This document shows, one piece after another, positions 26,775 to 36,742 of a stretch of DNA of 64,000 bases. Where the stretch lies: positions 32,001-96,000 of IMG/VR virus record IMGVR_UViG_3300032268_001078. One strand, given 5' to 3'. Made by a program: the position numbers and the translations under genes. Numbering within the stretch: position 1 is the first letter of the stretch; every line of letters starts with the position of its first letter. The stretch is from a virus. The notes under the pieces are model-generated. The model worked only from the letters and a program-made list of their open reading frames with translations, made no database searches and was not told where the DNA came from.

Positions 26775-28664
26775 TTATTTATTTACTATAATTTTTGTAG
26801 TTGAATTACTATACTCAGTTTTGATTGATAATAAATACAAACCATTATTTAGTTTATGTAAATCAGTAACATATTTATATTTACCAGCAGGTAGTCTTTC
26901 ATTTAATAATTCTTTTATTTTTCTACCAACCATATCATCAATTACTATTAATGTATTAGTTTCTTGTTTAATTCCAAATTCTATTACTATTTCACCTTCT
27001 GTTGGATTTGGAAATATTAGTACTTTACTTAAATCACTAATTGCAATAGGAGATTTTACTTTTCTAACTTCAATAATACCCATAGTTGGAGTAATATTAA
27101 TGTCTCTAGAATCACTTCCACCTACATATTTTTCTGCTGTCCACAATGCTGCTGTTCCCCATTCTGCTTGAGGTTTTTTAGCGATAAATTGAATTGTAAA
27201 AGCTTGATCACCATTATTAATAAAGTTTTGATTAGTTAAATCAGCTGAACCCCAAGTAATATATCCATTTGAAGGATTAATAAATGTAGTCCATTTCATT
27301 ACTTTTTCACTGTTTACAATATTTTTAAATTCTAACAATGAAGTATCGTATTTTAGGTTTAATTGTAAAGCACCAATTGATTGGCCTTGAGTAGTCATTG
27401 ATACTGGAACTTTAACTAAGTTACCATCTTCAACTTTTACTTTAGGCATTGTCATTTCAACTGTTTCTGTTATATTGTCATAACTTACAGTATTATCAAT
27501 AATGTGTTTATTAGCATTTGAAGGATTAATAATTTTAATTGGAGTTAAACGAGCCATTTTAAATCCTGTTCCATTTGCATCACCTTTAACATTTACATAA
27601 TAAGTAATACTATCTTTACCATCTATATAATAGTAAAAGTTTGTAACACCCGGAATAGTAGAAACATTATTTGTTGCTGAACCATTAATTGAATTAAATT
27701 CTGCTACTGTAAAGAATTTTACATCATTTTGTGAATTAGGCCAAGCAGTAAATCTACCTGCTAAACGACCATAAACTGAGTAAACATCTGAAATAGTAAT
27801 TGTTCCATCAGCTCCATTTACATCCATTGAATAAAAATCAAATCCTTTTGGAGTATATTGACCCAATACTGTTTGGTTGATTTTTTGAGCATCTGCTGTT
27901 GAGAATACTGAACCTGGTGTCATTGTATCACCTTTAACAGCCATTCTAACATCCCAATATGATGTATCAATGTTTTTAAAGAAAACTACATGACCTAAGT
28001 TATTTGTTTGTTGAGTTAATACTGTAGTCCAAGATCCACCTGGTGCTTTCTTTTCTAAACTAACCCATAAGTTTTTAGCATTAGTTCCAGTTGTATTAAT
28101 AAATTTACCAGCAAATCTTAACATTTTCTGATTAAAACGACCACCATAAGAATAAACAGTTAAAGTAGTATCGTTACCCATGTTAGTTGAAGCTAAATTA
28201 GGAAAACTATTCACACCTGATACTTTTAAACTTTTAATACTATCTAAACTGTTCCATACAGCGTCACTAGCATGAGTAAAAGTTAAATCAAATGTCGCGC
28301 CATCAGCGTAATTAAAAGAACTATTAGTACCTGTGTAAACTACAGTTACTGTTAAACTTCCACCTGTATTATCATCAACATATTGTAGATACTGATCAGA
28401 AGTAGAAATTTTTAAAGTAGGTACAACCGCTGTAAAAGCAGTTTTATCATAAAATACTCTAAATTGCATACCTGTAATTTTATTTACAGTTGAAGTATTA
28501 TGAAAATAAAGAGGCGCAACTGTTTTTCCTGTTGTTGCTGTAGCTACTTGATATCCAGAGTCAATAACAACCCAATGTCCTGTTCCTGGTGATGTAGCTG
28601 ATTTTTGAGCGAAGGCTGATACTGCAACCATAGCAGTAAAAAGCAATAATATTAGTTTTTTCAT
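26775..28664 (-). CDS. T9SS type A sorting domain protein with two cohesin-like domains and a dockerin-like motif
   Basis: Signal peptide MKKLILLLF..AFA; QFRVFYD and LQLNLKYD cohesin strands; DVNGADG; C-term IFPNPT...DMVGR...L..GLYLL...KIIVNK. Confidence 0.8.
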   Translation of the reverse strand: MKKLILLLFTAMVAVSAFAQKSATSPGTGHWVVIDSGYQVATATTGKTVAPLYFHNTSTVNKITGMQFRVFYDKTAFTAVVPTLKISTSDQYLQYVDDNTGGSLTVTVVYTGTNSSFNYADGATFDLTFTHASDAVWNSLDSIKSLKVSGVNSFPNLASTNMGNDTTLTVYSYGGRFNQKMLRFAGKFINTTGTNAKNLWVSLEKKAPGGSWTTVLTQQTNNLGHVVFFKNIDTSYWDVRMAVKGDTMTPGSVFSTADAQKINQTVLGQYTPKGFDFYSMDVNGADGTITISDVYSVYGRLAGRFTAWPNSQNDVKFFTVAEFNSINGSATNNVSTIPGVTNFYYYIDGKDSITYYVNVKGDANGTGFKMARLTPIKIINPSNANKHIIDNTVSYDNITETVEMTMPKVKVEDGNLVKVPVSMTTQGQSIGALQLNLKYDTSLLEFKNIVNSEKVMKWTTFINPSNGYITWGSADLTNQNFINNGDQAFTIQFIAKKPQAEWGTAALWTAEKYVGGSDSRDINITPTMGIIEVRKVKSPIAISDLSKVLIFPNPTEGEIVIEFGIKQETNTLIVIDDMVGRKIKELLNERLPAGKYKYVTDLHKLNNGLYLLSIKTEYSNSTTKIIVNK

Positions 28665-29119
28665 TTTATATTCCAAAGTTTTACTTGTTCTTTTGTGAAC
28701 TCAATTAAATCAGGTTCAACATTCGGCAACAATTTTAAAAACTTTAGTTCAAACGAATATGCTTGATACTCTTCTTCATGACCAGATAAAATGTATGGCA
28801 TAGCCATCAAATGTAAATGGTAAGTTTCATGTACTAAAACAGCAGCTATGTTATTTAAACTATTTAGCTTAATGTCTTTTGATGAAACTACTATAACTCC
28901 TTTTCCGTCAACTATATTATTTGATGAATAATCTTCATTCCAAAATTCAATAACATCTACATGATCTACTAACATTTTATAATGTGTAGGAGATGTTTTA
29001 GCTATCAGAAGAATAGCTTGTTTTACTATTGAGTCCCAACCATCTCCAGCTTTATGAATATTAATTTGAGAACATAAAACTTGTGGTAAAAGACACAACA
29101 ATAAAACAAACTTTTTCAT
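28661..29119 (-). CDS. Secreted zinc metallopeptidase-like protein
   Basis: Signal peptide; VLVHETYH...EE.QAY. Confidence 0.65.
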   Translation of the reverse strand: MKKFVLLLCLLPQVLCSQINIHKAGDGWDSIVKQAILLIAKTSPTHYKMLVDHVDVIEFWNEDYSSNNIVDGKGVIVVSSKDIKLNSLNNIAAVLVHETYHLHLMAMPYILSGHEEEYQAYSFELKFLKLLPNVEPDLIEFTKEQVKLWNIK

Positions 29120-29140
29120 CTGTAATAAATATGGGAGGGA

Positions 29141-30754
29141 TTAGTATCCCATTCCCATATCCATCATTGATTGTGCATCATCTTTCTTTTCTTCAAAAAT
29201 AACACTTTCTGAAGTTAAAATAGTACTAGCTACTGATAATGCATTTTCTAGTGCTACTCTTGTTACTTTAAATGGATCTAAAATTCCAGCTTCATACGCA
29301 TTAACTACTTCTTGTTTTTTAGCATCATAAGTCAATTCAACGGATTTCATTAAATATCCAACTGTTTCAATATCTACGTCTAATCCTGCGTTGTCCATAA
29401 TTTTCATAAATGGACTACTAATAGCTTTAGCAATGATTTTCTTACCCATTGTTTCTTGAGTCATTCCAAGAGCAATGTTATACAATGGCCATCCACCACC
29501 TGGAATGATACCTTCTGCTAAAGCTGCTTTAGTAGCATACAATGCATCTTCAACACGATCTCTTTTTTCTTTAATTTCAAGATCACTGTTTCCACCAACT
29601 GAAATGATAGCAACTCCACCACTTAATTTAGCTAAACGTTCTTGTAGTTTTTCTTTTTCAAACATTGATTGAGCATTATCGATTTGATTTTTTAGTTCTT
29701 CTGCTCTTATTTCTAATGCTTCACTACTTCCTTTACCATCAACAATAGTTGTTGATTCTTTAGTAATAGTTACCATTCTAGCATTACCTAAACACTGTTC
29801 TAATACAGGACCTACAACTTTTTCAAGTTTAATACCTTGTTTTTTAACACTAACAACTTGTCCACCTGTTAATGTAGCCATGTCTTCTAACAATAATGTT
29901 CTACGATCACCATAGTCTGGTGCTTTAATAGCACATGCTTTAACTACACCTCTTGATTTATTAATTAATAATACTGCTAATGCTTCTTCACCAAATTCTT
30001 CAGCTACAATTACTAATGATTTGTTTTCACCACTTGCTTTTTGTAAAACAGGAACTAATTCAGCTGCTGAATTGATAACACCATCTACTAATAAAATCAT
30101 TGGATCATTTAATACTGCTTTCATTGTAGCATTGTCAGTTACAAAATAAGGTGATTTATAACCTCTTTCAAACTGCATACCTTCAACAAAGTCTAATACT
30201 GTCTCACCAGTTTTACTAGATTCAATAGTAACAATTCCATCATATCCAACTTCTTCAATTGCATCTGCTAATAAACGACCAATTTCTTCATCGTTGTTTC
30301 CTGAAATCGTAGCAATGTTAAATAATTGTTCATTTGAAGTAACAGGAACAGATAATGCTTTTAATTCATTAATAACTTCAGTTACTGCTGTTTCCATTTG
30401 TTGTTTTACTTCAACAACATTAGTACCTTTTTCAATTAACTTCATTCCTTCTTCAATCATAACAGTCGCTAAAAGAGTAGAAGTAGTAGTACCATCACCA
30501 GCTTCATTTGCTGATTTTACAGCTACTTGTTTTACTAGTTGTGCACCAATATTTTCAATATCATCATCTAATTTATGAAAACTTTTAGCTACACTAACAC
30601 CATCTTTAGTTGCTTTAATAGTTCCATCTGCTTCATTAATTAATACATTTCTGCCACCTGGGCCTAAAGTTGAACTTACACTAGCATTCAATTTAAGAAT
30701 GCCATCTAGTAATTTTTGTTTTAATTCGGTTCCGAATAATGTTTTTGTGCTCAT
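29141..30754 (-). CDS. groEL: Chaperonin GroEL
   Basis: TLGPGGRNV, TKDGVSVA, GDGTTT, EGMQFERGY.SPYF, GIIPGGG, M/G-rich tail. Confidence 0.96.
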   Translation of the reverse strand: MSTKTLFGTELKQKLLDGILKLNASVSSTLGPGGRNVLINEADGTIKATKDGVSVAKSFHKLDDDIENIGAQLVKQVAVKSANEAGDGTTTSTLLATVMIEEGMKLIEKGTNVVEVKQQMETAVTEVINELKALSVPVTSNEQLFNIATISGNNDEEIGRLLADAIEEVGYDGIVTIESSKTGETVLDFVEGMQFERGYKSPYFVTDNATMKAVLNDPMILLVDGVINSAAELVPVLQKASGENKSLVIVAEEFGEEALAVLLINKSRGVVKACAIKAPDYGDRRTLLLEDMATLTGGQVVSVKKQGIKLEKVVGPVLEQCLGNARMVTITKESTTIVDGKGSSEALEIRAEELKNQIDNAQSMFEKEKLQERLAKLSGGVAIISVGGNSDLEIKEKRDRVEDALYATKAALAEGIIPGGGWPLYNIALGMTQETMGKKIIAKAISSPFMKIMDNAGLDVDIETVGYLMKSVELTYDAKKQEVVNAYEAGILDPFKVTRVALENALSVASTILTSESVIFEEKKDDAQSMMDMGMGY

Positions 30755-31041
30755 TTTACAATTCCTATAATATCTGTTTCTTTACAAATTACATAATCTT
30801 CATTGTCAAGTGAAATAATTTGGCTACCCATTCTTGGTACCAAAACTATGTCTCCTGATTTCAATTCAGAATCTTTTGACTCGCCTCTGTGGAAGTTATA
30901 TGTAGGACTTACATCAATAACCTCACATACCAAAGATTTTTCTTTTCCCAAGTCTGGAAGATAAATAGCTCCGGCCATTTGTTCTTCTTCCTCAACTTGT
31001 TTTAGGACCATATGTCCATTTACTGGTTTTAGTGTTTTCAT
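30751..31041 (-). CDS. groES: Co-chaperonin GroES
   Basis: LKPVNG, GAIYLPD..KEK, GD.VL, E.DIIG; coupled to groEL. Confidence 0.9.
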   Translation of the reverse strand: MKTLKPVNGHMVLKQVEEEEQMAGAIYLPDLGKEKSLVCEVIDVSPTYNFHRGESKDSELKSGDIVLVPRMGSQIISLDNEDYVICKETDIIGIVK

Positions 31042-31325
31042 ATATCGAATTTATTACTTAATTTTGTCATCATTTCATCATATTGTTTGATAAAATCAGC
31101 TATAGTAGTTGTTTTATTGTTATTTACTAATAATTTAACTATAGATTTTAAAGCATGGCTTAAACTATTATAATAGCCAATATTTTCATCATTACCATTT
31201 TCTTTAGGTTTAACTACTGTGTAGCTCATCCCATCAAAGTAAATTACATAAGGATTGATTGCTTCATCTTCAATTTTTGAACTTGATTCTTCTCGTGATT
31301 TTTTTCTCAAAACTTTATTTTCCAT
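31038..31325 (-). CDS. Hypothetical protein
   Basis: ORF with its own promoter (31332-31360). Confidence 0.6.
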   Translation of the reverse strand: MENKVLRKKSREESSSKIEDEAINPYVIYFDGMSYTVVKPKENGNDENIGYYNSLSHALKSIVKLLVNNNKTTTIADFIKQYDEMMTKLSNKFDI

Positions 31326-31331
31326 GTTTAT

Positions 31332-31360
31332 AATATAATAATTTACTCAGGAAAAACCAA
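31332..31360 (-). promoter_or_regulatory. Sigma70-type promoter
   Basis: TTGGTT-N17-TATATT, 6 nt before ATG. Confidence 0.7.
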
Positions 31361-31555
31361 AGAAAGTTGACCATCGTCTATATGTTCAACGTCTTGAATT
31401 TCATTTACAAAATAGTAAAATCCTTGAGCTTGGAAGACTTTATCATAGTCTCCTTTATATTTAAACCATTTAACGTCAATTTCCTTGTGGTCGGCTATTT
31501 TGCGGCCTACTAGGTATAACTGATCTTGTACTTTGATTATTTCCTTTTGTAGCAT
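31343..31555 (-). CDS. Hypothetical protein
   Basis: Start re-assigned to MLQKEII; overlaps the 3' end of the upstream ORF. Confidence 0.5.
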   Translation of the reverse strand: MLQKEIIKVQDQLYLVGRKIADHKEIDVKWFKYKGDYDKVFQAQGFYYFVNEIQDVEHIDDGQLSLVFPE

Positions 31556-31895
31556 AACTTGTTGATTTATTAGATATAACGGGTGTTGGGTTAAATGTTT
31601 TTGTAGGTTCAGGTTTAACAAATGGAGATTCACTCACATTAAATTTTCTTACTCCAGGAATTTCTGTAATTTCAGCAATAACCTTATCATGAACTTCTTG
31701 CGAAAATTTTCCACCATATGGATATGGATCTACTTTTACTACAGCAGCAATTCTATCTTTATCTAAGTGTCGAGTATTTAATGTAACAACACCAGCAATA
31801 CTTCTAATCTCGCTGTTTATTTCACCTTGGGTTTTTTCTGTATTACTTGTACTTAAAAACAGTGTGCCTTTTATACTATATGTAGTTCTAGCCAT
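31476..31895 (-). CDS. Hypothetical protein
   Basis: ORF preceded by ATATTTAT motif; low-complexity tail. Confidence 0.6.
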   Translation of the reverse strand: MARTTYSIKGTLFLSTSNTEKTQGEINSEIRSIAGVVTLNTRHLDKDRIAAVVKVDPYPYGGKFSQEVHDKVIAEITEIPGVRKFNVSESPFVKPEPTKTFNPTPVISNKSTSYATKGNNQSTRSVIPSRPQNSRPQGN

Positions 31896-31911
31896 TTGTA
31901 ATAAATATATA

Positions 31912-32646
31912 CTAATCAGCTAGTTTTACAACAAAATACACAGATGTTGTATTATCTTCAGTAAATTCTAATTTTAGTAAACCAGCTTCATTGATTTTTG
32001 CTTTACCCACTGCTGATTTGTTTACAGATAGTATTTCTTTTACAATGTTAGCAGAAAAAGCCATTGGTTCAATACCTATTGTATATTCACTTGGTTGAAT
32101 CATTTTGATTTTATTTGCAAAAGTAGCAGAATCACCTACAGTTAATTCAACATATTTAATACTATCAATATTTTTACATCCAATTTCAAATCTGTTTGGT
32201 TTATCTAAAGCTGAATATGCTTTAGTAAAGTTTTTAATAAAATCTTCATCAATTGAAAATTTTACATCATATTCTTCGGGTTCAGTAATATTAGGAACTG
32301 AAGGAATTAAATCTTCACTAGATAAATAAAAATCTAAATCAAAATCATTGTCTTTAACTTTTAATTGATATGGAATACCCTGATTTCCAGTAATTACATC
32401 AATATTGACCATAGCTATATCCATAATTCCCAACAACTTATTAAATTGAGATGTTGAATAAATACTTATGTTATTTGCGCCGAGTCCTAGATCTTTTGTA
32501 GTAGATACCGAACCAGCACAGTCTTTAGTTGGAGTAACAAATTCTACGCGTATTCCGTCGTTTTCTGTACTATTCCATGTAACGGATTCTATTAAACCAT
32601 TTAAATGATATTTATCAATAATTTGAGTTAAATTTTTCTTTTCCAT
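31912..32646 (-). CDS. Probable DNA sliding clamp (T4 gp45-like)
   Basis: Size and two-domain alpha/beta pattern; clamp loader and PolB present; early-type promoter. Confidence 0.65.
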   Translation of the reverse strand: MEKKNLTQIIDKYHLNGLIESVTWNSTENDGIRVEFVTPTKDCAGSVSTTKDLGLGANNISIYSTSQFNKLLGIMDIAMVNIDVITGNQGIPYQLKVKDNDFDLDFYLSSEDLIPSVPNITEPEEYDVKFSIDEDFIKNFTKAYSALDKPNRFEIGCKNIDSIKYVELTVGDSATFANKIKMIQPSEYTIGIEPMAFSANIVKEILSVNKSAVGKAKINEAGLLKLEFTEDNTTSVYFVVKLAD

Positions 32647-32659
32647 AACTTATATTAAT

Positions 32660-32692
32660 AATATAATAAAAAAGGCTTGGAAAACCAAGCCT
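32660..32692 (-). promoter_or_regulatory. Sigma70-type promoter with overlapping terminator hairpin
   Basis: TTGGTT-N17-TATATT; AGGCTTGG-TTTT-CCAAGCCT plus T6. Confidence 0.78.
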
Positions 32693-32698
32693 CTTATT

Positions 32699-34060
32699 TT
32701 ATCTTACTACTTTTCCAGCTTTTGTGTCTGGTTTTGGTTTGAGATTTGTTCCAGATAAACTCAAAATTCCTGTTACTGTTAAATTATCAGGTAATTCTCT
32801 TAGTTTTGAATTTGTTAAATCCAAGTCTCCATTAATTGTCATATTAGCTGGTAAAGAACTAATATCGGAATCAGATAAATTTAAAGAAGGAACATTTGGA
32901 ATTACAGTACCTGCAGGAATGTCTAAATTTAATAATAATCTATATAATGCTGGTATTTTCTTACCTTGAGTATAAGCAAATTTTACTAAGTCCATATAAG
33001 GTAATCTAACTATAACTTTAGTACCAGCGTCTTTACCATCTTGGGTTTTTAATTTATTTGTGTCTTCATCATAGTAAAACAATTTATTTTTTGTTTCATC
33101 ACCAAAATCCATATAAAGTTTATCACCAATTTCATAAACAGGATAACCATTTGGAGATTGACCCTTTTGAAATTTACTTAAATCTAAGCTAAAATTAAAA
33201 CTTGCTGGTGGGATACGACCTTCTTTATCTAATAAGAATTGTAAAAATTTATTTTCTAAGTCTTTATCGTATCTTCCTAATGGAGTGTCAGATTCATCCA
33301 TAAATTGGCCTGATTCATAGTGAAGTTGATATTGTCTTCTTTTATCCCAGTTTTTAAATATATAGTAAGGACCATTTGTTAAATAACTATTAAACATACC
33401 AGTATTTCTAGTACACCACTGTACTCTATAACCAGCATTTGGTGCTTCTTCTCCTGCTCTACTTGGTTCAAAACGTTGTGTTAGATCACCACAACCAGTT
33501 AATGCTTGATATTCTGCTTCACATTCTTTATTGTTTTTACAACTTTGTGGAACTCTATATACAACAAATCCATCTACACTACCAATGGCTTTGATGTTTT
33601 TCATAAATTTGAACTTTTCCGGTCCTAAATTTTCTCCACCACCTTCTCCTTCAATTTTTGCTTTAACAGCTCCTAACATATTTTCAAAATCATTTAAAGA
33701 TTTGAATTGATTGATGTCTTTAGGAATACTTGGATCAACTTTTGCTATTCTTTGTTTAAATCTATCGAAAAATGTTAATAATTCTTTAACTGATTCATTA
33801 TGACCATCTTGAATAAATCTTTTTCTTTCATTACGATCAAGAGCAGTGTATCTAGTTAACATCCATTGTAAGTAGTTTCCATTTGCTGTAGGATCACTAT
33901 CTACTAGAGTTTTAAATTCTCTTTCACTAATTTTTCTTGGATCACCAGCATTCATTCCCATAGGGTCATCTTTAGAAGCTGGAGGGTTAACAAATTTTGC
34001 TTTTAATGCTGCTTCTTTTTCGGCGTTCAAAGCTTCTGCTAAAAGATCTAATAATTTCAT
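32699..34060 (-). CDS. Hypothetical protein with C-terminal leucine-rich repeats, possibly virion-packaged
   Basis: N-term MKLLDLLAEA; central WCT motif; C-term L.L....I..LP..L.I.G.L repeats. Confidence 0.5.
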   Translation of the reverse strand: MKLLDLLAEALNAEKEAALKAKFVNPPASKDDPMGMNAGDPRKISEREFKTLVDSDPTANGNYLQWMLTRYTALDRNERKRFIQDGHNESVKELLTFFDRFKQRIAKVDPSIPKDINQFKSLNDFENMLGAVKAKIEGEGGGENLGPEKFKFMKNIKAIGSVDGFVVYRVPQSCKNNKECEAEYQALTGCGDLTQRFEPSRAGEEAPNAGYRVQWCTRNTGMFNSYLTNGPYYIFKNWDKRRQYQLHYESGQFMDESDTPLGRYDKDLENKFLQFLLDKEGRIPPASFNFSLDLSKFQKGQSPNGYPVYEIGDKLYMDFGDETKNKLFYYDEDTNKLKTQDGKDAGTKVIVRLPYMDLVKFAYTQGKKIPALYRLLLNLDIPAGTVIPNVPSLNLSDSDISSLPANMTINGDLDLTNSKLRELPDNLTVTGILSLSGTNLKPKPDTKAGKVVR

Positions 34061-34077
34061 AATATAATATAAATATA

Positions 34078-36675
34078 TTAAAAGCTGAAGAATCGCTCAA
34101 CATTTGGGTTTAAAGAAGGAAAACTGTTTGGTCCATATATATCATCATAAATACCTTCTAATTTATTTAACAATACATTATTAAATCCGATGTCAGTATC
34201 TGCAAACTTATCAAGAAATTCAAAAATAAATGGAGGACTATCATTTGTAAACGCTAACACTTCAATTCCATATGGGTTCTTTTTAAGAGGAATAAATTTA
34301 ATTTTATCTCCTTCAGTAATACAAGAGTATTCTTTATCTAAGCCTTTAAATCTTAATAAATCATTATACCAAATACTTGCTTTTGTATTAATAGGACATT
34401 TTAATGCTAATTTACTAAATATTTGACCCGAAGCTGGTGGGCTTGCTATGTAGTTTCTAATTTGTTTTACTCCTGTAGGTTTAGCTAATTTACTATAGTG
34501 AGTTGCTTTGATTTCTTTTCTAAAGTCTTGAATTTTCTTATCAATTTCTTTTTTAGGTTTACCATACATTATATCCATCAATAAACCTTCACCAAATTTT
34601 GAAAACATTGGTGTCATATTTGATTTCATAATGTCCATTCCTTTAATATCTAATTCTTCTGTAGGAACACCTTCTTTATTTACAATAAATTGTGCGTATC
34701 TGCGTTTACCGGCAAAATAACCTCGTTCAAGTACAACTTCTTGTTTTAATTCAAAATAAACATTGTCACAATTAAATTGAGATTTACATAAGTTTTGTAA
34801 GAATGGAGCAGTTTTGTCTTGATATTCTTTAGTAATGTCTAAAGCTACAGGAACTACTTGTTCTCTTGATTTAATGTCAATATCTGGTCTTCTGTGTTTG
34901 ATCAAGTCTTTCATTTCAAAAAACAATGAGTCTGTGTCAGCAGTAACAACATAGTCTTTGTCTGTTTGTAATTCTGTGTTGATTTCTTTGTTTACAAACT
35001 TAATTGATTCTTGGTCTAATCGTTGGCCTGTTAAAGTAATTGCTTTACTAATAAACAAGTTTCCATCACTGTATCTCCAACCATTTTGAGCATAACAACC
35101 ATATAGATCATTAAGCTTAATTTTCATAGCGTGTTGTCTTTTATTATAAAACTCACCAAGTTCCGGGTCTTTCAGCACTTTATATGCTTCCTTCATCTTG
35201 TTTTTATATTCTTTACGTTTTCCAAACCAATCATTTAATACATCAGCTACAATACTATTTTTGTCTGTTCTAAAAATAGTTCCATTTGCTGAAATGACCA
35301 TATTTTTTGTTTCAACAAATTTAATAAGATCACCTACATTCATTTCCATTTGTTGGACTCTACGGTCTGCTGTTACTCGTTCAATTGTTAAGATTTTAGT
35401 TGGGTTTAATTGTTTTAAATCTTCTAAACCCCACTGATTATCATATTTATCCCTATTTTGAATGCAAGCTACAAGTGTTTCAATTCCCATATTAAGATTT
35501 CTAATAATACTAGGATAAAGAGACGTAAAATCTAAATCACTTACCCACTCGTATAAACCAGGCACAGGATCTTTTAAATAACCACCAGCATATTCTTCAT
35601 TTCCTTCCTTCAATGCTGGGTTCATTGTTGTGGGTTTGTTAGGGCTTACGATGTCTTTACGGCGTAAGTATGTTAATATGGCACCTTCATTGAGAGCAGT
35701 ACTATAATAAATATTCTCGTACGAAGTATGGCAAAGATGACAAATATTTTTGGTTAGTTCTATAAACTGAAGCTTATCATCCAATGCTACTAAAATTTCA
35801 ACGTCTCGTAAGTTATAATCAATAAACTTATTGACGTCTTCTTTAAACAAACGATCTAAGCTGCCTTCATATTCTATTTTTCCTAATTTAACATATTTTT
35901 CACCAATTGCTGCTAAAGCATAACTAGGTTCTTGTTTCATAATAAATTTCTTATGAAGCAACATATAATCTAAATGATTTACTCCACAAACTTTAACTGT
36001 AGATTCATCTTGTTGAGTTTTCTTATTGAAAAAATCTTTAATTTGAACGCGTTTTAAGGGAGACAATCGTTTTGCTTGTTGATCTCCTATTACTTGACAC
36101 ATTCTGTGATATAAATAAGGCATATCAAAAAACTGACTATTCCACCCGCTGATTATTGTAGGATCACATTCTTCCCATTTTGATAAAAATCCCATTAATA
36201 ATTCTCTTTCATTATTATATGGAATAATTTCCTTGTTTGGTTCTTCTATGTGTTTTAATTGTTTCTTTTCATCTAAAACCAAACAATAGTATTTTTTTAG
36301 TATAAAATCATAAAGAGCTACTGAAGTGATTTTCATTGGTGCTCGTTTGATGTATTCTGTTGTTAAAGCTCCACCAATTTCACACTCAATATCTAAAAAT
36401 ATTACATTATGCCATTCCGGTACATCATCTTCTTCTTTATAAATGTCTACTAATGCATTTGTTTCAAGAGGAATGTCTATTTCAAAAAATTCTGTTGGTC
36501 TTGTTTTGTCAAAATCTTTACAAGGACTTACTCGTTTTCCATCAATTGTAAAAAACTCACCTTCCTTATCTAATTTATAATAAGTTGGTTTATAATCTAT
36601 TTCTTGCCAACCTAACTTGTCGTCTCTAATAATAATCTTTTTAGTTGTAAAATTAGAATCTATAACTTGATACAT
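34078..36675 (-). CDS. DNA polymerase family B
   Basis: Exo DIE, GWNS..FD; pol DFTSLYPS, K..LN..YG, ADTDS, KRRYA; no intein. Confidence 0.96.
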   Translation of the reverse strand: MYQVIDSNFTTKKIIIRDDKLGWQEIDYKPTYYKLDKEGEFFTIDGKRVSPCKDFDKTRPTEFFEIDIPLETNALVDIYKEEDDVPEWHNVIFLDIECEIGGALTTEYIKRAPMKITSVALYDFILKKYYCLVLDEKKQLKHIEEPNKEIIPYNNERELLMGFLSKWEECDPTIISGWNSQFFDMPYLYHRMCQVIGDQQAKRLSPLKRVQIKDFFNKKTQQDESTVKVCGVNHLDYMLLHKKFIMKQEPSYALAAIGEKYVKLGKIEYEGSLDRLFKEDVNKFIDYNLRDVEILVALDDKLQFIELTKNICHLCHTSYENIYYSTALNEGAILTYLRRKDIVSPNKPTTMNPALKEGNEEYAGGYLKDPVPGLYEWVSDLDFTSLYPSIIRNLNMGIETLVACIQNRDKYDNQWGLEDLKQLNPTKILTIERVTADRRVQQMEMNVGDLIKFVETKNMVISANGTIFRTDKNSIVADVLNDWFGKRKEYKNKMKEAYKVLKDPELGEFYNKRQHAMKIKLNDLYGCYAQNGWRYSDGNLFISKAITLTGQRLDQESIKFVNKEINTELQTDKDYVVTADTDSLFFEMKDLIKHRRPDIDIKSREQVVPVALDITKEYQDKTAPFLQNLCKSQFNCDNVYFELKQEVVLERGYFAGKRRYAQFIVNKEGVPTEELDIKGMDIMKSNMTPMFSKFGEGLLMDIMYGKPKKEIDKKIQDFRKEIKATHYSKLAKPTGVKQIRNYIASPPASGQIFSKLALKCPINTKASIWYNDLLRFKGLDKEYSCITEGDKIKFIPLKKNPYGIEVLAFTNDSPPFIFEFLDKFADTDIGFNNVLLNKLEGIYDDIYGPNSFPSLNPNVERFFSF

Positions 36676-36682
36676 CTGTTAT

Positions 36683-36715
36683 AGTATAAGAAAGGGTTGA
36701 CAAAATGCCAACCCT
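36683..36715 (-). promoter_or_regulatory. Sigma70-type promoter with overlapping hairpin
   Basis: TTGGCA-N17-TATACT; AGGGTTGGCA-TTT-TGTCAACCCT. Confidence 0.72.
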
Positions 36716-36742
36716 CTTTAAATATTTTTATTAATTTTATTA

